This document shows positions 9,558 through 19,193 of a DNA stretch of 64,000 nt, one piece after another. A model generated the notes under the pieces. The model ran no database searches, was not told the DNA's origin, and worked only from the letters and a program-made list of their open reading frames with translations. Source of the stretch: an uncultured delta proteobacterium. Lineage in GTDB: Bacteria; Myxococcota; Myxococcia; Myxococcales; Anaeromyxobacteraceae. Both the position numbers and the translations under genes were made by a program. Location of the stretch: NCBI GenBank assembly GCA_963828255.1, contig CAWHDZ010000026.1:1-64000 (forward strand). Direction: 5' to 3'. Position 1 is the first letter of the stretch; each line of letters opens with the position of its first letter.

Positions 9558-10508
9558 TCAGATCCGCTCGGCGCTCACCAGCATGTTGTCGCCCAGGTTC
9601 ACCGGCACCGGCCACGCGGTGGGGATGACGCGGGAGAGCGCGCGGGCCACCGGCGCGAACGCAGGGAAGCTGGCCCCGACCTTCCGGAGCAGGTAGCCGG
9701 CCGAGACCGTGTGGCTGTAGGTCCCCACGTCGAGCACGCGGAAGCCGGCCTCCTCGAGCAGGGCCGAGATGGTGGGCCGGTCGAAGTAGACGAGATGCAT
9801 GTCCATGAGCCAGGGCCAGCGGGCGCCGAGCAGGCGGGCCACCAGGCTGCCCGTGTCGATGGTGGAGAGGTGGAGGCGCCCCCCGGGCACGAGCAGCATG
9901 CGGGCCGCCGCCAGCTCCTCCCGCGGGTCGGGGAGGTGCTCGACCACGTCCCACATGGTGAGCACGTGGTACCGGTCGGCCGAGTTGGCCCGGACCTCGA
10001 GCGGCTCGCCGTGGACGGTGAATCCCTGGGCGCGGGCCAGCCCGGCCGCCCAGCGGGAGAGCTCGAGACCCTCGGCGCGGAAGCCGCGTTCCCGGGCGAC
10101 CTCGAGGAAATAGCCGCAGTAGGCTCCCACGTCGAGGAGGCGGCGGCCGCCGGCCGGCCCCAGCGACCGGATCACCTTCCGGAAGGTGAGGATGCGGTTG
10201 TCCCGCTCGGCCATGTAGAGGGGGTCGACGACCCCGCCGTAGGCCTCCTCCAGCGCCTCGTCGGCGGGCATGGGCCACTGGAAGAGCAGGCCGCAGTCGT
10301 CGCAGCCGTAGATGGGCGGGTGGTGGCGGTGCCCGAAACTCGTGCAGCGCCAGGCGCCGGGGTCGAGCGTGACCATCTCGCCCCGGGCCGGGAAGCGGAG
10401 CGACAGGCGCGCGTCGCCGCAGAGGATGCAGCGGGCGGGCACGGGCAGCAGGGAGCGAACCGGCTCCCGGGCGATGGCGGTGGACTCCCTCACGAGGGGC
10501 GACCTCAT
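9558..10508 (-). CDS. Class I SAM-dependent methyltransferase with N-terminal Cys pairs
   Basis: CILC...CDDC, LLDVGAYCG, WDVVEHLPDP, HLVYF. Confidence 0.88.
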   Translation of the reverse strand: MRSPLVRESTAIAREPVRSLLPVPARCILCGDARLSLRFPARGEMVTLDPGAWRCTSFGHRHHPPIYGCDDCGLLFQWPMPADEALEEAYGGVVDPLYMAERDNRILTFRKVIRSLGPAGGRRLLDVGAYCGYFLEVARERGFRAEGLELSRWAAGLARAQGFTVHGEPLEVRANSADRYHVLTMWDVVEHLPDPREELAAARMLLVPGGRLHLSTIDTGSLVARLLGARWPWLMDMHLVYFDRPTISALLEEAGFRVLDVGTYSHTVSAGYLLRKVGASFPAFAPVARALSRVIPTAWPVPVNLGDNMLVSAERI

Positions 10509-10585
10509 AACACCGCTGGCCGGGGGGCGCCAACTGCCCTTGCCGCCCCCCGGCTCCCTGCTAGAGTCGCGGGAGGAGGAAGCAC

Positions 10586-11830
10586 ATGACATCGGTCCTG
10601 GCGATGATCCTGGCGGGCGGCGAGGGACGGCGCCTCGACCCGCTGACCCGCGAGCGCGCCAAGCCGGCCGTGCCGTTCGGCGGCCGCTACCGCATCATCG
10701 ATTTCGTCCTCTCCAACTTCGCCAACTCGGGCGTGGTCCGGATGAAGGTGCTGGTCCAGTACAAGTCCGACTCCCTCAACACCCACGTGCAGCGTGCCTG
10801 GCGGCTCACCTCGCTCCTCAACGAGTACGTGGAGATCGTGCCGGCCCAGATGCGCTACGGGCCCAAGTGGTTCGAGGGCTCGGCCGACGCCATCTACCAG
10901 AACCTGAACATCATCACCGACGAGGAGCCGGAGCACACCTTCGTCTTCGGCGCCGACCATGTCTACCGAATGGACGTGCGCCAGATGCTCGACTACCACA
11001 CCGACAACCAGTCGGACCTGACCGTGGCGGCCATCCCGGTGCCGCGGGCCCTGGCATCCGAGTGCGGGATCATCGAGATGGCCGCCGACGGCCGGATGGT
11101 CGGCTTCGTCGAGAAGCCCCGGCCCGGCACCGAGAAGACCATGCCGGGCGACGACACCCGCTGCCTGGCCTCCATGGGCAACTACCTCTTCCGCACCGAC
11201 GCGCTGGTGCAGGAGATCGTCCGCGACGCCGGTGACGCCACCTCGGCCCACGACTTCGGCAAGTCCATCGTCACCTCGATGCACTCCCGCAAGCGGGTCT
11301 TCGTCTACGACTTCATGACCAACAAGGTTCCGGGCCAGTCGGAGAAGGAGCGGGGCTACTGGCGCGACGTGGGGAGCCTGGACGCCTACTACCAGGCCAA
11401 CATGGACCTGGTGGACGTGGACCCGGTCTTCTCCCTCTACAACTTCGACTGGCCAATATTCACCATCCGTTACAACTATCCCCCGGCCAAGTTCGTCTTC
11501 AACAACGAGAAGGACCGGCGCGTCGGCCATGCCACCGACTCGCTCATCTCCGAGGGCTGCATCGTCTCGGGCGGCCACGTCCACCACTCCATCGTCTCGC
11601 CCCGGGTCCGCATCAACAGCTACTCCTACGTGGAGGGCTGCATCCTCTTCGAGGACGTGACCGTGGGGCGGCACAGCAAGATCCGGCGCGCCATCATCGA
11701 CAAGCACGTGGACATCCCCCCCGGGACGGTCATCGGGTTCGACCCCGAGGAGGACAAGGCGCGCTTCCAGGTGACCGAGAGCGGCATCGTGGTCATCCCC
11801 AAGGGGATGCGGATCGAGCCGAGGGGCTAG
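10586..11830 (+). CDS. glgC: Glucose-1-phosphate adenylyltransferase
   Basis: [49 protein letters not shown]. Confidence 0.97.
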   Translation: MTSVLAMILAGGEGRRLDPLTRERAKPAVPFGGRYRIIDFVLSNFANSGVVRMKVLVQYKSDSLNTHVQRAWRLTSLLNEYVEIVPAQMRYGPKWFEGSADAIYQNLNIITDEEPEHTFVFGADHVYRMDVRQMLDYHTDNQSDLTVAAIPVPRALASECGIIEMAADGRMVGFVEKPRPGTEKTMPGDDTRCLASMGNYLFRTDALVQEIVRDAGDATSAHDFGKSIVTSMHSRKRVFVYDFMTNKVPGQSEKERGYWRDVGSLDAYYQANMDLVDVDPVFSLYNFDWPIFTIRYNYPPAKFVFNNEKDRRVGHATDSLISEGCIVSGGHVHHSIVSPRVRINSYSYVEGCILFEDVTVGRHSKIRRAIIDKHVDIPPGTVIGFDPEEDKARFQVTESGIVVIPKGMRIEPRG

Positions 11831-11852
11831 TTTCCGGTTACAACAGGGGGCG

Positions 11853-13222
11853 ATGACGACCCTCCTCGCCCTCCTCGCCGGCGCCGCGCTTTCGGCAGCC
11901 CCCTCCGCCGTCCCCTCCGTCCCCTTCCAGCAGTTCAAGCTGCCGAACGGGCTCAACGTCATCCTCTCCGAGGACCACACCGCGCCGCTGGTGGGCGTGG
12001 ACGTCCTCTACGACGTGGGCTCGAAAAACGAGAAGCCGGGGCGCACCGGCTTCGCCCACCTCTACGAGCACCTCATGTTCCAGGGCACCGCCAACCTCCC
12101 CAAGGGGGAGGCCGACCGGCTCGTCGAGGCGGCCGGGGGCTCCGGGAACGCCTCCACCAGCATGGACCGCACCCAGTACTGGGAGCAGGCCCCCTCGAAC
12201 GCGCTGGAGCAGATGCTCTTCATCCAGTCGGAGCGCATGGGCACCTCCTGCCCACGCTCGACCAGGCCAAGCTCGACAACCAGCGCGAGGTGGTCCGCAA
12301 CGAGCGGCGAGAGCGCTACGAGATGAAGCCCTACGGGCTCGCCATGAAGACCCTGCTCGAGAACCTCTGGAACCCCGAGTTCCCGTACCACTGGCAGACC
12401 ATCGGCACCCACGAGGACCTGCAAGCCGCCTCGCTCGCCGACGTGAAGGAGTTCTTCCAGCGCTGGTACGGCCCCGGGAACGCCTCGCTCGCCATCGTCG
12501 GCGACATCGACCCGGTGAGGACCCGGGCCCTCGTCGAGAGGTACTTCGGCGGGATCCCGCGGGCCGACCCGCCGAGGCGCGAGGTGGCGCCCCCCATCCC
12601 CCTCGCCGCCGAGAAGCGGGTGACGATCCAGGACGCGGTCCAGCTCCCCCGCCTCTACCTGGCCTGGCAGACGCCCGCGGCTTACGCGGGCGGCTCCGCC
12701 GCGCTCGAGCTTCTCGGCGACATCCTCTCGAGCGGCAAGTCGAGCCGGCTCCAGAAGCGGCTGGTGATGGAGGAGCGGATCGCCCAGAGCGCCATGGCAG
12801 TGCAACAGTCGGAGGCCCTGGCCGGGACGTTCTTCGTCGTCGTCACTCCCAAGCCCGGGACCCGGGTCGACAAGCTCCGGGCCGCGGTGGACGAGGAGAT
12901 CGCCCGCATCGCACAGGACGGCCCCACCGCCGAGGAGCTGCAGCGGGCCAAGAACCGCATCGAGGCGCAGGTGATCTTCTCGCTCGAGCCGGTGGGCGGG
13001 TTCGGCGGACGAGCCTCCCACCTGAACGAGTATTTCTGGGATCGTGGGGACCCCGGATACCTGGGAAAGGACCTGGAGCGCTACCGGGCCGTGACCCCGG
13101 CCGACGTGCGCGACGCAGCCGCGACCTGGCTCGCCCACCCGCGGAGGGTCACCCTGACCGTCATGCCGCAGGTCCCCACGCCCCTTCCCCCCACGCCGTC
13201 GCCCGCGAAGGAGGTCCGCTGA
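11853..13222 (+). pseudogene. M16 (pitrilysin-like) zinc peptidase, catalytic subunit, split by a 1-bp frameshift near 12241 (likely sequencing error)
   Basis: HLYEH (HxxEH) motif in ORF 11853-12326. Adding one base at ATGGG^CAC restores ERMGHLLPTLDQAKLDNQREVVRNERR and continues into ORF 12290-13222. Confidence 0.85.
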
Positions 13223-14685
13223 TGCGCGCCCGGAATCCCGCAGCGCTCCTCGCGCTCCTCGCGTTCACCGCCTGCGCCACCGCCCCGGGCCGCCCGGATG
13301 CCCAGGCGGCGCCTGTCACCCCTCCCCCGTCGGCCAGCACCCCGGGAGGCAGGGTCCCGCCGCTCGGCATCGCCCCCGACCTGAAGCTCCCGGCCCAGCA
13401 GAAGTTCCGGCTTGGCAACGGGCTCTCGGTCCGGCTCGTCGAGTACCACCGCCTGCCCATCGTCGCCTTCCAGCTCGTGATGCTCGAGGCCGGTGCGGCG
13501 CGCGATCCGGCCGACCTCCCCGGCGTGGCCGGGTTCACTGCGGCGATGGTGACCGAGGGCACGAAGACCCGCTCGGCCTTCCAGCTCTCCGACGAACTGG
13601 GCTTCCTGGGGGCGAGCCTCGGCGCCGGCGCCGGCATGGATGCCTCCTACGTCTCCGGCTACGGCCTCTCCCGCGACCTGCCCCGGCTGCTCGCCCTGCT
13701 CGCCGACGTCACCATGAACCCGTCCTTCCCGGACTCCGACTTCTTCAGGGTCCAGGACCAGCGGCGGGTCGGGCTGCTCCAGCAGCGGGACCAGCCCGGC
13801 ATGATCGCCCCGAAGACCTTCGGGAAGCTCTTCTGGGGAGATCACCCCTACGGCCACTGGATCAGCGGCACCGAGGCGTCGGTCGTGAAGACCCGCCCGG
13901 ACGACCTGGCCCGGTTCCACGCCGAGCACTGGCGCCCCGGGGCAGCGGAGATCGTGGTCGTCGGCGACGTGGATGCCGCCTCGCTGCGGGCCGCCCTCGA
14001 AGGCGCCTTCGAGGGCTGGAAGGGGAGCGACCCGGTCAGGCCCCTGCCGGCCGAGGCCCCCACGCCGACCCGCAAGGCGGTGCTGGTCGAGAAGCCCAAG
14101 GCCTCCCAGACCTTCCTCATCCTGGGGATGCCCGGGATCGCCCGGGACGATCCGGACCACGTCGTGGCCCAGGTGCTCTTCCAGGTGCTGGGCGGCGGCT
14201 CCTCCTCGCGCCTCTTCCGCGAGCTCCGGGAGGACAAGGGCTACACCTACGGGCTGTCGGCCCGCGAGTCCTCGCAGCGCCTCGGTGGCGTCTCCTACGT
14301 CGGCGGAGGCGTGCGCGCCGACGCCACGCGCCAGGCCATCCAGGACCTCCTCGGCCAGGTGAAGGCGCTGCGCGAAGTGCCGGTGCCGGGGGCCGAGCTC
14401 GCCGACGCCCGCAACGGCATCATCCTCGGCCTGCCCGGGGACTTCGCCACCGCTGCCGGGATCGCCGGGAGGATGGCCGAGCAGGTGGTCTACTCCCTGC
14501 CCGACGACCACTGGTCCACCTACCCGGCCCGGGTCCGGGCGGTGTCCCCCGCCGACGTCCAGCGGGTGGCCCGGCGCGTCCTCGACGTGGACCGGCTCTG
14601 CACGGTCATGGTGGGCGATCCGGAGTCGGTGAAGCCCCAGCTCGAGGGGCTGCCGCTCGGCGACGTGGAGGTCCGCAAGCCGTGA
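13222..14685 (+). CDS. M16 peptidase, non-catalytic partner subunit (lipoprotein-like signal)
   Basis: LGNGL, HPYG, LGGGSSSRLFRELREDKGYTYG; lacks HxxEH; FTAC lipobox-like; coupled to the upstream gene. Confidence 0.88.
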   Translation: MRARNPAALLALLAFTACATAPGRPDAQAAPVTPPPSASTPGGRVPPLGIAPDLKLPAQQKFRLGNGLSVRLVEYHRLPIVAFQLVMLEAGAARDPADLPGVAGFTAAMVTEGTKTRSAFQLSDELGFLGASLGAGAGMDASYVSGYGLSRDLPRLLALLADVTMNPSFPDSDFFRVQDQRRVGLLQQRDQPGMIAPKTFGKLFWGDHPYGHWISGTEASVVKTRPDDLARFHAEHWRPGAAEIVVVGDVDAASLRAALEGAFEGWKGSDPVRPLPAEAPTPTRKAVLVEKPKASQTFLILGMPGIARDDPDHVVAQVLFQVLGGGSSSRLFRELREDKGYTYGLSARESSQRLGGVSYVGGGVRADATRQAIQDLLGQVKALREVPVPGAELADARNGIILGLPGDFATAAGIAGRMAEQVVYSLPDDHWSTYPARVRAVSPADVQRVARRVLDVDRLCTVMVGDPESVKPQLEGLPLGDVEVRKP

Positions 14686-15599
14686 GGGTGCTCCAGAACG
14701 AGTTCTCCTGGTCCAAGTCGCGCCACGAGAAGTTCGCCGAGTGCCCCCGGGCCTACTGGTTCCACTACTACGGGTCCTGGGGCGGCTGGGAGGCATCCTC
14801 CGGACCGGCGACGCGCGAGCTCTACGTCCTGAAGAACCTCTCCTCCCGCTGGCAGTGGGCGGGGTCGGTGGTCCACGAGGCCATCCGGCACATGCTCAAC
14901 CGCTCCCGCTTCACCGGGGACCCGAAGTCGCTCGACCGGCTCCTCGAGGAGACCCGGCAGCGCTCCCGGACCCAGTTCGCCGCCTCCCGCGGCAAGGGCT
15001 ACTGGCGCGATCCCAAGCGCATCCCGGGCCTCCTCGAGCACGAGTACGCCGAGCCGGTCGGGCCGGAGGAGTGGAAGCGCATCTGGGACGAGGTCATCGA
15101 GGGGTCGATCCAGGCCTTCTACGCGAGCCAGACCTTCGAGCGGATCCGCGCCATCCCGGCGGCGCGCTGGCTCACCGTCGACGAGCTCGACTCCTGGAGC
15201 TTCGAGGGCACCAAGGTCTGGGTGGCCATCGACTTCGCCTACCGGGACGACGACGACCGGGTCCACGTGCTCGACTGGAAGACCGGCAAGGAGCGCGGCG
15301 CCGACCACATGCAGGTGGCCCAGTACGTCCTCTACGCGCAGCGCAAGTGGCAGGTGGCCCCCGAATCGGTGGTGGGCGGGCTGGTCTACCTCGGGGCCGG
15401 TGCAGACCGGGTGGACGTGGCGGTGGACGAGCCGGCGCTCGAGGCGGCCCAGGCCCGCATGCGGGAGAGCATCGCCGGGATGAAGGAGCGGCTCGACGAC
15501 CCGGTCCGCAACGCGGCGTCGAGGGAGCGCTTCCCCCAGATCGAGGACCACGCCGCCTGCCGCCGCTGCCCGTTCCGCCGGCCCTGCGGACGGATGTGA
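14682..15599 (+). CDS. PD-(D/E)XK nuclease family protein (RecB/Cas4-like)
   Basis: CPRAYW, IDF..., LDWKTG, Q..Y, C-terminal CRRCPFRRPC. Confidence 0.85.
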   Translation: MRVLQNEFSWSKSRHEKFAECPRAYWFHYYGSWGGWEASSGPATRELYVLKNLSSRWQWAGSVVHEAIRHMLNRSRFTGDPKSLDRLLEETRQRSRTQFAASRGKGYWRDPKRIPGLLEHEYAEPVGPEEWKRIWDEVIEGSIQAFYASQTFERIRAIPAARWLTVDELDSWSFEGTKVWVAIDFAYRDDDDRVHVLDWKTGKERGADHMQVAQYVLYAQRKWQVAPESVVGGLVYLGAGADRVDVAVDEPALEAAQARMRESIAGMKERLDDPVRNAASRERFPQIEDHAACRRCPFRRPCGRM

Positions 15600-15619
15600 C
15601 GGGCTGATCCTCCGGGCGC

Positions 15620-16777
15620 TCACCCCTTGTCGGGACGCGCCCAGAGGTCGGCCATGAACGGTGCGCCGCTGACCGGGATCCAGCCGCCCCCCTCCGGACG
15701 GAGCACGGCGTGCACCTTGAGCGGCTGGTGGCTGGTGCGCGGGTCGAGCTCGTGGTGGAGCGGCAGGTTGAAGTAGTAGAGCCGCGTCCCGTTGCCGAAG
15801 CGGAGCCGGCAGACGGGGGCCCCGTGGAAGTCGTCGGTGGTGAACTCCGGCGCCACCACCCGGGCCAGCCGGTGGCGCGGACCGAGGATCACCGAGGAGG
15901 CGCCGAACCCCGTCGGGCACGCTTCGCCGATCTCGCTCTCGTTGGAGCTGTTGGCGAAGACGGTGATGGTGTCCCGCACGCCCGGGGTGTCCTCCAGGTA
16001 CTCGCCGTAGAAGCCGGAGAGCACGTCGCGGTAGGAGCGGTGGTCGGGCTTGGGGTTGCACTGCAGCACGAAGAGCGCGTCGAGGGTGCGGCGGGCGCCG
16101 AAGTACTGCTGGTTGGCGTGGTCCACGATGCGCCGGATGTTGGACCCGTAGAGGTCCCGGTACAGGTAGTCGAGGCAGACCAGCACCATGAAGTGGAAGA
16201 AGGCGGGCTGGGCCCGGAACCACCAGAAGTGGCGTCCCCGGTAGAGGTCGTCGGACTTGTCGAGGAACTCCTCGGCGCGGAAAGGGTGGCTCTTGGCCTC
16301 GAAGAAGACCCGCACCCGCCCGCTCGCCTCCTTCACCGCCACGCAGCACCAGTTCACCGGGATGTCCGGCAGGGCCCCGGCGGAGAGGTCGTGCTCGACC
16401 GCCGGGATGGCGCGCCGGTTGTCGTCGCCGAAGCGGCGCAGGGTGTCGAGGTAGTCGCGCAGCGAGACGTGCTCCAGCCCGAACATGGTCACGGTGTTGG
16501 GGCGGAACCGCTCCTCCACGGCCTCGAGGACGTCGTCGAGGCGGGCGGCCGGGACCGCGGCCTCGGGGAACAGGAGGAAGTGGAGCTTCTGGAAGCGCTG
16601 GTCCCTGGCCACGAGGTCGAGCACCGTCGACACGTACCGCCAGTGCGCCTCGCGGTCGGAGAGCGCGAAGCCGGTCTCCGAGGCGCGGAGCCGGACCGGG
16701 ACCTGGGCCACCAGGCAGTGGAGGTGGCTGCCCAGGGCGTAGTCGAGGTTGACCTCGGTCTCCAGGATCTGGATCAC
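15620..16777 (-). CDS. Hypothetical protein with carbon-nitrogen hydrolase (nitrilase)-like motifs
   Basis: LLFPE, EAKSHPF and VLVCLDY give an E-K-C triad in the expected order; GTG start at 16777; strong GC3 coding pattern. Confidence 0.65.
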   Translation of the reverse strand: MIQILETEVNLDYALGSHLHCLVAQVPVRLRASETGFALSDREAHWRYVSTVLDLVARDQRFQKLHFLLFPEAAVPAARLDDVLEAVEERFRPNTVTMFGLEHVSLRDYLDTLRRFGDDNRRAIPAVEHDLSAGALPDIPVNWCCVAVKEASGRVRVFFEAKSHPFRAEEFLDKSDDLYRGRHFWWFRAQPAFFHFMVLVCLDYLYRDLYGSNIRRIVDHANQQYFGARRTLDALFVLQCNPKPDHRSYRDVLSGFYGEYLEDTPGVRDTITVFANSSNESEIGEACPTGFGASSVILGPRHRLARVVAPEFTTDDFHGAPVCRLRFGNGTRLYYFNLPLHHELDPRTSHQPLKVHAVLRPEGGGWIPVSGAPFMADLWARPDKG

Positions 16778-16848
16778 CGCGTCCGATCGAACCACCTCGG
16801 GGGAACGATGTCGACCGGACGGAAGGGTCCAGGAGGGGCGTCCCGGCG

Positions 16849-17454
16849 CTACAGCGCGAACCCGGCCGCCACCTGCGGCACCCAGTAGGCGCAGACGCCG
16901 GTGCAGTTGGTGAACACCCGCTCGTAGGCGATCCCCAGCAGGAACGTGGCCGGCCCCACCGAGGCGAAGGAGAAGCCACCCCGCGCCCCCCAGGCGTCCT
17001 GGGGCAGGAAGCCGCCGGAGACGAACCAGTGGGCGTAGTAGCCGCCCACGAACGGCACCACCCCGCCCGGGACCGGGAGGAACCAGTCGATCCCCGGCTT
17101 CACCATGAACACGGACTGTGAACTCCCGAAGGCGACTCCCAGGTCCAGGGTGGGGAGGAGCCCTCCCACGACGAAGTACCCGACACCCGCGCCCAGGCTC
17201 ACCGAACCCTGGCCGTAGGCGAAGGCGGCTCCGAGCGTCCCCCAGACGCGCAACCGGCGCAGCGACCACTCCGGGACCGACTCCTGGGCCGGCGGCAGCG
17301 CACCCGGCCGGGGCGGCGGCTCGGGAACCGGCTCGACCTCCTCCACCGGCGGGGGCAACGGGGGGGGCGGCTGCGACGGCCCCACGTACTGGGCGCGCGC
17401 CAGCCCGGGACAGAGGGAGAGGGCGATGAGGAGGGCCAGGAGCGGGCGCCGCAT
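16849..17454 (-). CDS. Secreted/outer-membrane protein with Pro-rich linker and small beta-barrel-like C-terminus
   Basis: Signal peptide, PPPP linker, alternating amphipathic strands ending AGFAL. Confidence 0.6.
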   Translation of the reverse strand: MRRPLLALLIALSLCPGLARAQYVGPSQPPPPLPPPVEEVEPVPEPPPRPGALPPAQESVPEWSLRRLRVWGTLGAAFAYGQGSVSLGAGVGYFVVGGLLPTLDLGVAFGSSQSVFMVKPGIDWFLPVPGGVVPFVGGYYAHWFVSGGFLPQDAWGARGGFSFASVGPATFLLGIAYERVFTNCTGVCAYWVPQVAAGFAL

Positions 17455-17472
17455 GGGACCCAGTCTATCCGC

Positions 17473-19193
17473 TCAGGGGACCAGCCGCGCCTCGATCCAC
17501 CCCCGCAGCGCGTTCACCACCCAGAGCCGCCGCGCCCGCGCGAGGTCGCCGGGGTGGAGCCACCCCTCCCGCACCTCCCCGCGCGCGAGCAACCCCTCGC
17601 GGAACACGCCGGGGAGGAGCCCGGCGTCGAGCGGTGGGGTGAGCCGCTCTCCGTCGATCTCCGCCACCAGGTTGGTGAAGGTGCCCTCGGTGACCTCCCC
17701 CTCGCGGTTCAGGAGGAGAACGTCGAAGGCGTCCGGCCGCTCGGCGCGTCGCCGCTCGTACGGGGCGCGCCGGGTGGTCTTGTGGAAGAGCGCCGGATCG
17801 CGCCGGTCCACCGGCTCGACGGAGAAGGCCACCGGGACGGGCCCGGGCGCAGGCTCCGGGAGGGGCGCCCGCTCCACCGTGGCCTCGCCTGCCGGGGAGA
17901 CGAGGAGCCGCAGGCGCGCGTCGCCCGTCTCGGTCTCGATCCGTTTCCGCACCGCCTCGAGGTCGAGGGGGATGCCGTGGTGGCGTGCCGAGCCGGAGAG
18001 GCGCGCCAGGTGGCCGTCGAGCAGCCCGACCCGACCCCCCTCGAGCCGCATGGTCTCGAGCAGGGTGGGCAGCCCGGGCTCCGACTCGAGGATCCGGGTC
18101 TTGGCCAGGGCCTCGTCCCATTCGGCGGCCGGGTCGGAGTCCCAGGTGATTCCACCGCCGGTGCCGTAGAGCGCCGCGCCGGTGGCCAGGTCCACCTCGG
18201 CGGTGCGGATGGCCACGTTGAAGCACGCGTCGCCTCCCGGGGCGATGGCCCCCACCGCGCCGCAGTAGACGCCGCGGGGGGAACGCTCCAGCCCGGCGAC
18301 GAGCCGCATCGCGGCCACCTTGGGAGCGCCGGTGACCGACCCGCACGGGAAGGTGGCGCCGAAGAGCAGGGCCAGGTCGGCGCCGGGGCGCAGCCGCGCC
18401 GACACCGTGGAGGTGAGCTGCCACACGGTACGCAGCCGCTCCACCTCGAGGAGCGGCCCGGCCTCCACCGAGCCCACCACCGCCACGCGCCCCAGGTCGT
18501 TCCGGAGCAGGTCGGCGATCATGACGTTCTCCGCCCGGTCCTTCTCCGAGCCGAGGAGCCGGAGCCGCGCCGCCCGATCCTCCTCCGGCCATCGCCCGCG
18601 CCGCGCCGTTCCCTTCATGGGCGGGAGACCACCCGGTCGCCGCGCCGCAGGAGGAAGAGTTCGGGCGACGCCGAGATCACCGCGTGGGAGCCGGTCCGGA
18701 CGTAGGCGGCGTCCCCCGATCCCTGCGCGCCGCGAAGCCGCCGGTGGAGCGAGAGCGGGTCACCCTCCAGCCGGCCCCGCAAACGGAAGGTGAAGTTCAC
18801 CTGGTAGACCGCCCCGGCGGCGACGGCCTCCCGGATCGTCGCCACCGCCGAGGCGTGGTCGGCGGCGCGGAGCTCCGGGGCGGCGTCGACGATGCGCCCG
18901 TCGGCGGGGCCGGTCGGCGGCGCGGGAAGGGGCGCGTCGTGGACCCCGAACCAGGCGAGCGGGCCGGAGCCCGGCCGGACCCGGAGGGCCGGGTCGAATG
19001 CCGGGGCCGCCTCGTAGGCGACGAAGCCCACCACCCAGCGCCCGGCGAGGGCGGCCGCCTCCGCGGATCGCAGGGCCGGGACGACCTCGTCCAGGGCGCG
19101 GGCCTCGATCACAGCGTGCGGCGCCCCGAAGGCCAGGGGCCCCCAGCCCGACGAGTCGAGCTCGACGAGCGCATGGACGGGCGCGGCGATCAC
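17473..19193 (-). pseudogene. pabB: Aminodeoxychorismate synthase component I / ADC lyase fusion, split by a 1-bp frameshift near 18620 (likely sequencing error)
   Basis: N-part GFVAYE, YQVNFT, SASPELF...SRP; C-part MKGT, KDRAENVMIADLLRND, FPCGSVTGAPK, then a class IV aminotransferase domain (HKTT, EGTFTN, GLLPG). CGC-CCA-TGA should read CGC-CCC-ATG. Confidence 0.88.

Noticed and set aside
14682..15599. Cas4 / CRISPR system
   Set aside because: Solo PD-(D/E)XK nuclease; no array or other cas genes in the window.
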